From a virus (lineage: Duplodnaviria > Heunggongvirae > Uroviricota > Caudoviricetes), in IMG/VR virus record IMGVR_UViG_3300026549_000060, positions 64,001 through 90,944 of that record: a stretch of DNA of 26,944 nt; one strand, written 5' to 3'. How positions within the stretch are numbered: the stretch's first letter is position 1; each line of letters begins with the position of its first letter. A program made the translations under genes and the position numbers. This document shows positions 25,231-26,944 of this stretch, one piece after another. A model generated the notes under the pieces. The model did not search any database. It worked only from the letters and a program-made list of their open reading frames with translations, and was not told where the DNA came from.

Positions 25231-25365
25231 ATGTGGGAAAAGTTCGTGAAAGAACTGGAGCATGCGGATAAAGTGGAAATCAACGGAAAGGAGTTTGATG
25301 CCAAGAAGCTGTTGAAGGCGTTTGACGAATACGTTGAGTGGGTTGTTGAGTTGCAGGAACAGTAA
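25231..25365 (+). CDS. Small hypothetical protein (44 aa, not in the ORF track)
   Basis: GGAGGTGG RBS, then MWEKFVKELEHADKVEINGKEFDAKKLLKAFDEYVEWVVELQEQ*. Confidence 0.75.
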   Translation: MWEKFVKELEHADKVEINGKEFDAKKLLKAFDEYVEWVVELQEQ

Positions 25366-25378
25366 GGAGGAGTTTGAT

Positions 25379-25588
25379 ATGGTTAAGGCGGATTTGAATC
25401 TTATTAATAAGCTCATATATGTGTATCAAGAAATGTATGTGCTTCAGGCGAGTTTGGCGGATAAGGATGATAATGATAATGCGGAGAGGGCTCAGTGTAT
25501 TATCAGTGAGGTAAAAGAAATTCTGGATAAGGATTTTGATTATCAGGTAACTGATGCTGATACACCAACGTTCTATATTGATGACTGA
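25379..25588 (+). CDS. Small acidic hypothetical protein
   Basis: AAGGAGG RBS before ATG 25379, in frame with the ORF-track entry 25322-25588. Confidence 0.75.
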   Translation: MVKADLNLINKLIYVYQEMYVLQASLADKDDNDNAERAQCIISEVKEILDKDFDYQVTDADTPTFYIDD

Positions 25589-25601
25589 GGAGGGTAATAA
25601 G

Positions 25602-25778
25602 ATGACTAAAGATATCATGTCTCTTCTTGTGCTTGGGGTAGTTAGTGCGATTTCCGTTGTGGGTATGCTAGTGTCGTTTGTATTCGGAAGCTGGGTATGC
25701 GTTGCAGTTTGTATGGTTATTGCAGTTATTTCTAGTGTAGCATTTTTCTACCAGGTATGTGATATGGAGGGCGAATAA
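25602..25778 (+). CDS. Small two-helix membrane protein
   Basis: GAGGAGG RBS; two uninterrupted hydrophobic segments. Confidence 0.72.
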   Translation: MTKDIMSLLVLGVVSAISVVGMLVSFVFGSWVCVAVCMVIAVISSVAFFYQVCDMEGE

Positions 25779-25779
25779 T

Positions 25780-25956
25780 ATGAACTTTTATCTTACACTT
25801 ATTTATGGAAGCTTTGGCGTGATGAGTATGTTCAGCTGTGTGTATTTTGGAGTACTTCTTAAGCAGGTAATTCCTTTTATGTTCTTTGCAGTAATTGGGT
25901 TTTTCCTGCTGATTATGGGATATAAGGTTAGTCCATATAAGGAGGATAATAAATGA
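25780..25956 (+). CDS. Small two-helix membrane protein
   Basis: GGAGG RBS; two hydrophobic segments and a charged tail. Confidence 0.72.
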   Translation: MNFYLTLIYGSFGVMSMFSCVYFGVLLKQVIPFMFFAVIGFFLLIMGYKVSPYKEDNK

Positions 25957-26534
25957 TTTATACTAATCTTGAACTTAAAGTTGATGAAAAAGAATTTACT
26001 TTTGGAAAACTTAAAGGAGTAACCCTTGGAGAAAGGGGTAGAGGCAGATTTGAAGTATTTCTGCCTGTACCCCCTACATTTGAAAAACTTGAGAAAGGAA
26101 TGAATGCTAATCTTAGTATTGGCCTTACGCAAAACAAAAAGTTTAGAATTAATAATGGTGATAATGGTAAGTTGTATCTGATTCTTACGTCTCAGGCTGG
26201 ATATACCCGAAGAGGTTCTGGTTATATCTATGAGTTTAAATTGAATGAAAATGATGAGCCAAAGGTAAAGGTCCTTGCTACAGCCAATGGCGCAGATGGA
26301 GATGCTGGAAGAATTGGTAGTTGGGAGGCACAGGTTATGGAAGTAAAACCTGGTGCTATTGTAAAGGTAGTATGGTCTGGGTCTGGTTATGGTATTTGTC
26401 CAACATATTATTTTGTTGATGAAGAAGGGGATGTTGTTGGTGTAGACGAAGATAATATCCAAGATTTTTATGATTATCGCAATGTGGAGATGCCAGAGGC
26501 ATTTAAAAGAAAGTTCAATAAGGAGGAAAATTAA
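25953..26534 (+). CDS. Hypothetical protein
   Basis: 193-aa ORF with AAGGAGG RBS and ATGA-type coupling; no function recognised. Confidence 0.8.
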   Translation: MIYTNLELKVDEKEFTFGKLKGVTLGERGRGRFEVFLPVPPTFEKLEKGMNANLSIGLTQNKKFRINNGDNGKLYLILTSQAGYTRRGSGYIYEFKLNENDEPKVKVLATANGADGDAGRIGSWEAQVMEVKPGAIVKVVWSGSGYGICPTYYFVDEEGDVVGVDEDNIQDFYDYRNVEMPEAFKRKFNKEEN

Positions 26535-26535
26535 T

Positions 26536-26944
26536 ATGAAAGACCTTTATTGGGAGCAGCTTGTGAAAGACGCTAAAGATACTTCTGTTGATAAAACAGT
26601 TCAGGTAGCATTTTTGACTGAAGCTAATGGAGCATTTTGTCCTACTCCATTTATGTCATTTGGGCCTAAGGTAGATTTGTTTGAAAACAATGATGAGCTT
26701 GAAAAAGCCTTTAAGGAAATTGTAGAGTCATGTAAAGAAATTGATCCAGATATTTCGGAGGATAAACTGAAGAACTTTGCAATTCTGGAGATGCCCATTA
26801 ATATGATGTTTGATTTGCTTAAGAGAGAAACTGAATTCTCTATTCTTAACATTCATTTGAAAATTACTCCAGATCAATGTTACGTGCTGGATAAAGCTTC
26901 TGATTTTATTCATGACCCTGAAGTTTCTGCTCAGTCTAAGCTTA
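26536..26944 (+). CDS. Hypothetical protein, 3'-truncated by the window edge
   Basis: AGGAGG RBS, ATG 26536 (MKDLYWEQLVKDAK...), no stop before the window end. Confidence 0.8.
   Translation, partial: MKDLYWEQLVKDAKDTSVDKTVQVAFLTEANGAFCPTPFMSFGPKVDLFENNDELEKAFKEIVESCKEIDPDISEDKLKNFAILEMPINMMFDLLKRETEFSILNIHLKITPDQCYVLDKASDFIHDPEVSAQSKL

Noticed and set aside
512-26913. Short antisense or alternative-frame ORFs in the track (e.g. 512-814, 4401-4643, 7936-8160, 16647-16970, 20134-20628, 25803-26462, 26601-26852, 26728-26913)
   Set aside because: They overlap well-supported genes, lack SD sites and show shadow-frame composition.
1-26944. Stop-codon reassignment
   Set aside because: Genes are full length in the standard code and end in TAA, TAG and TGA; the only tRNA is Arg, not a suppressor.

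Overview
AT-rich (roughly 30% GC by eye, not computed) segment of a large tailed phage genome, in the standard genetic code. Strong GGAGG/GGTG Shine-Dalgarno sites, sigma70/sigmaA-type promoters and a class III ribonucleotide reductase point to an anaerobic, probably Firmicutes-like host. Left part (1-12.4 kb, + strand): T4-like replication/recombination cluster (clamp loader, primase, probable sliding clamp, metallophosphoesterase, RNase H/5'-3' exonuclease, gp13-like neck protein, Holliday-junction resolvase-like nuclease, RecA/UvsX), a promoter-driven unknown structured RNA followed by tRNA-Arg(UCU), and an nrdH-nrdD-nrdG operon. nrdD is split by a 224-nt ORF-less group I intron (IA2-like) whose best-supported junction ends in A rather than the canonical omega-G. 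Middle part (12.7-24.3 kb): receptor-binding/tail-fibre module with an LRR solenoid, two tail fibres, three fibre-chaperone-like genes, two paralogous DUF285/BspA-like adhesins, a GH108 lysin and a stand-alone peptidase-G2-like domain; a C8 tract and several candidate ATA starts lie here. Right end (24.3-26.9 kb): a HExxH metalloprotease-like gene and a divergent cluster of small early-type genes. All family assignments come from motif recognition by eye; no database searches were run.
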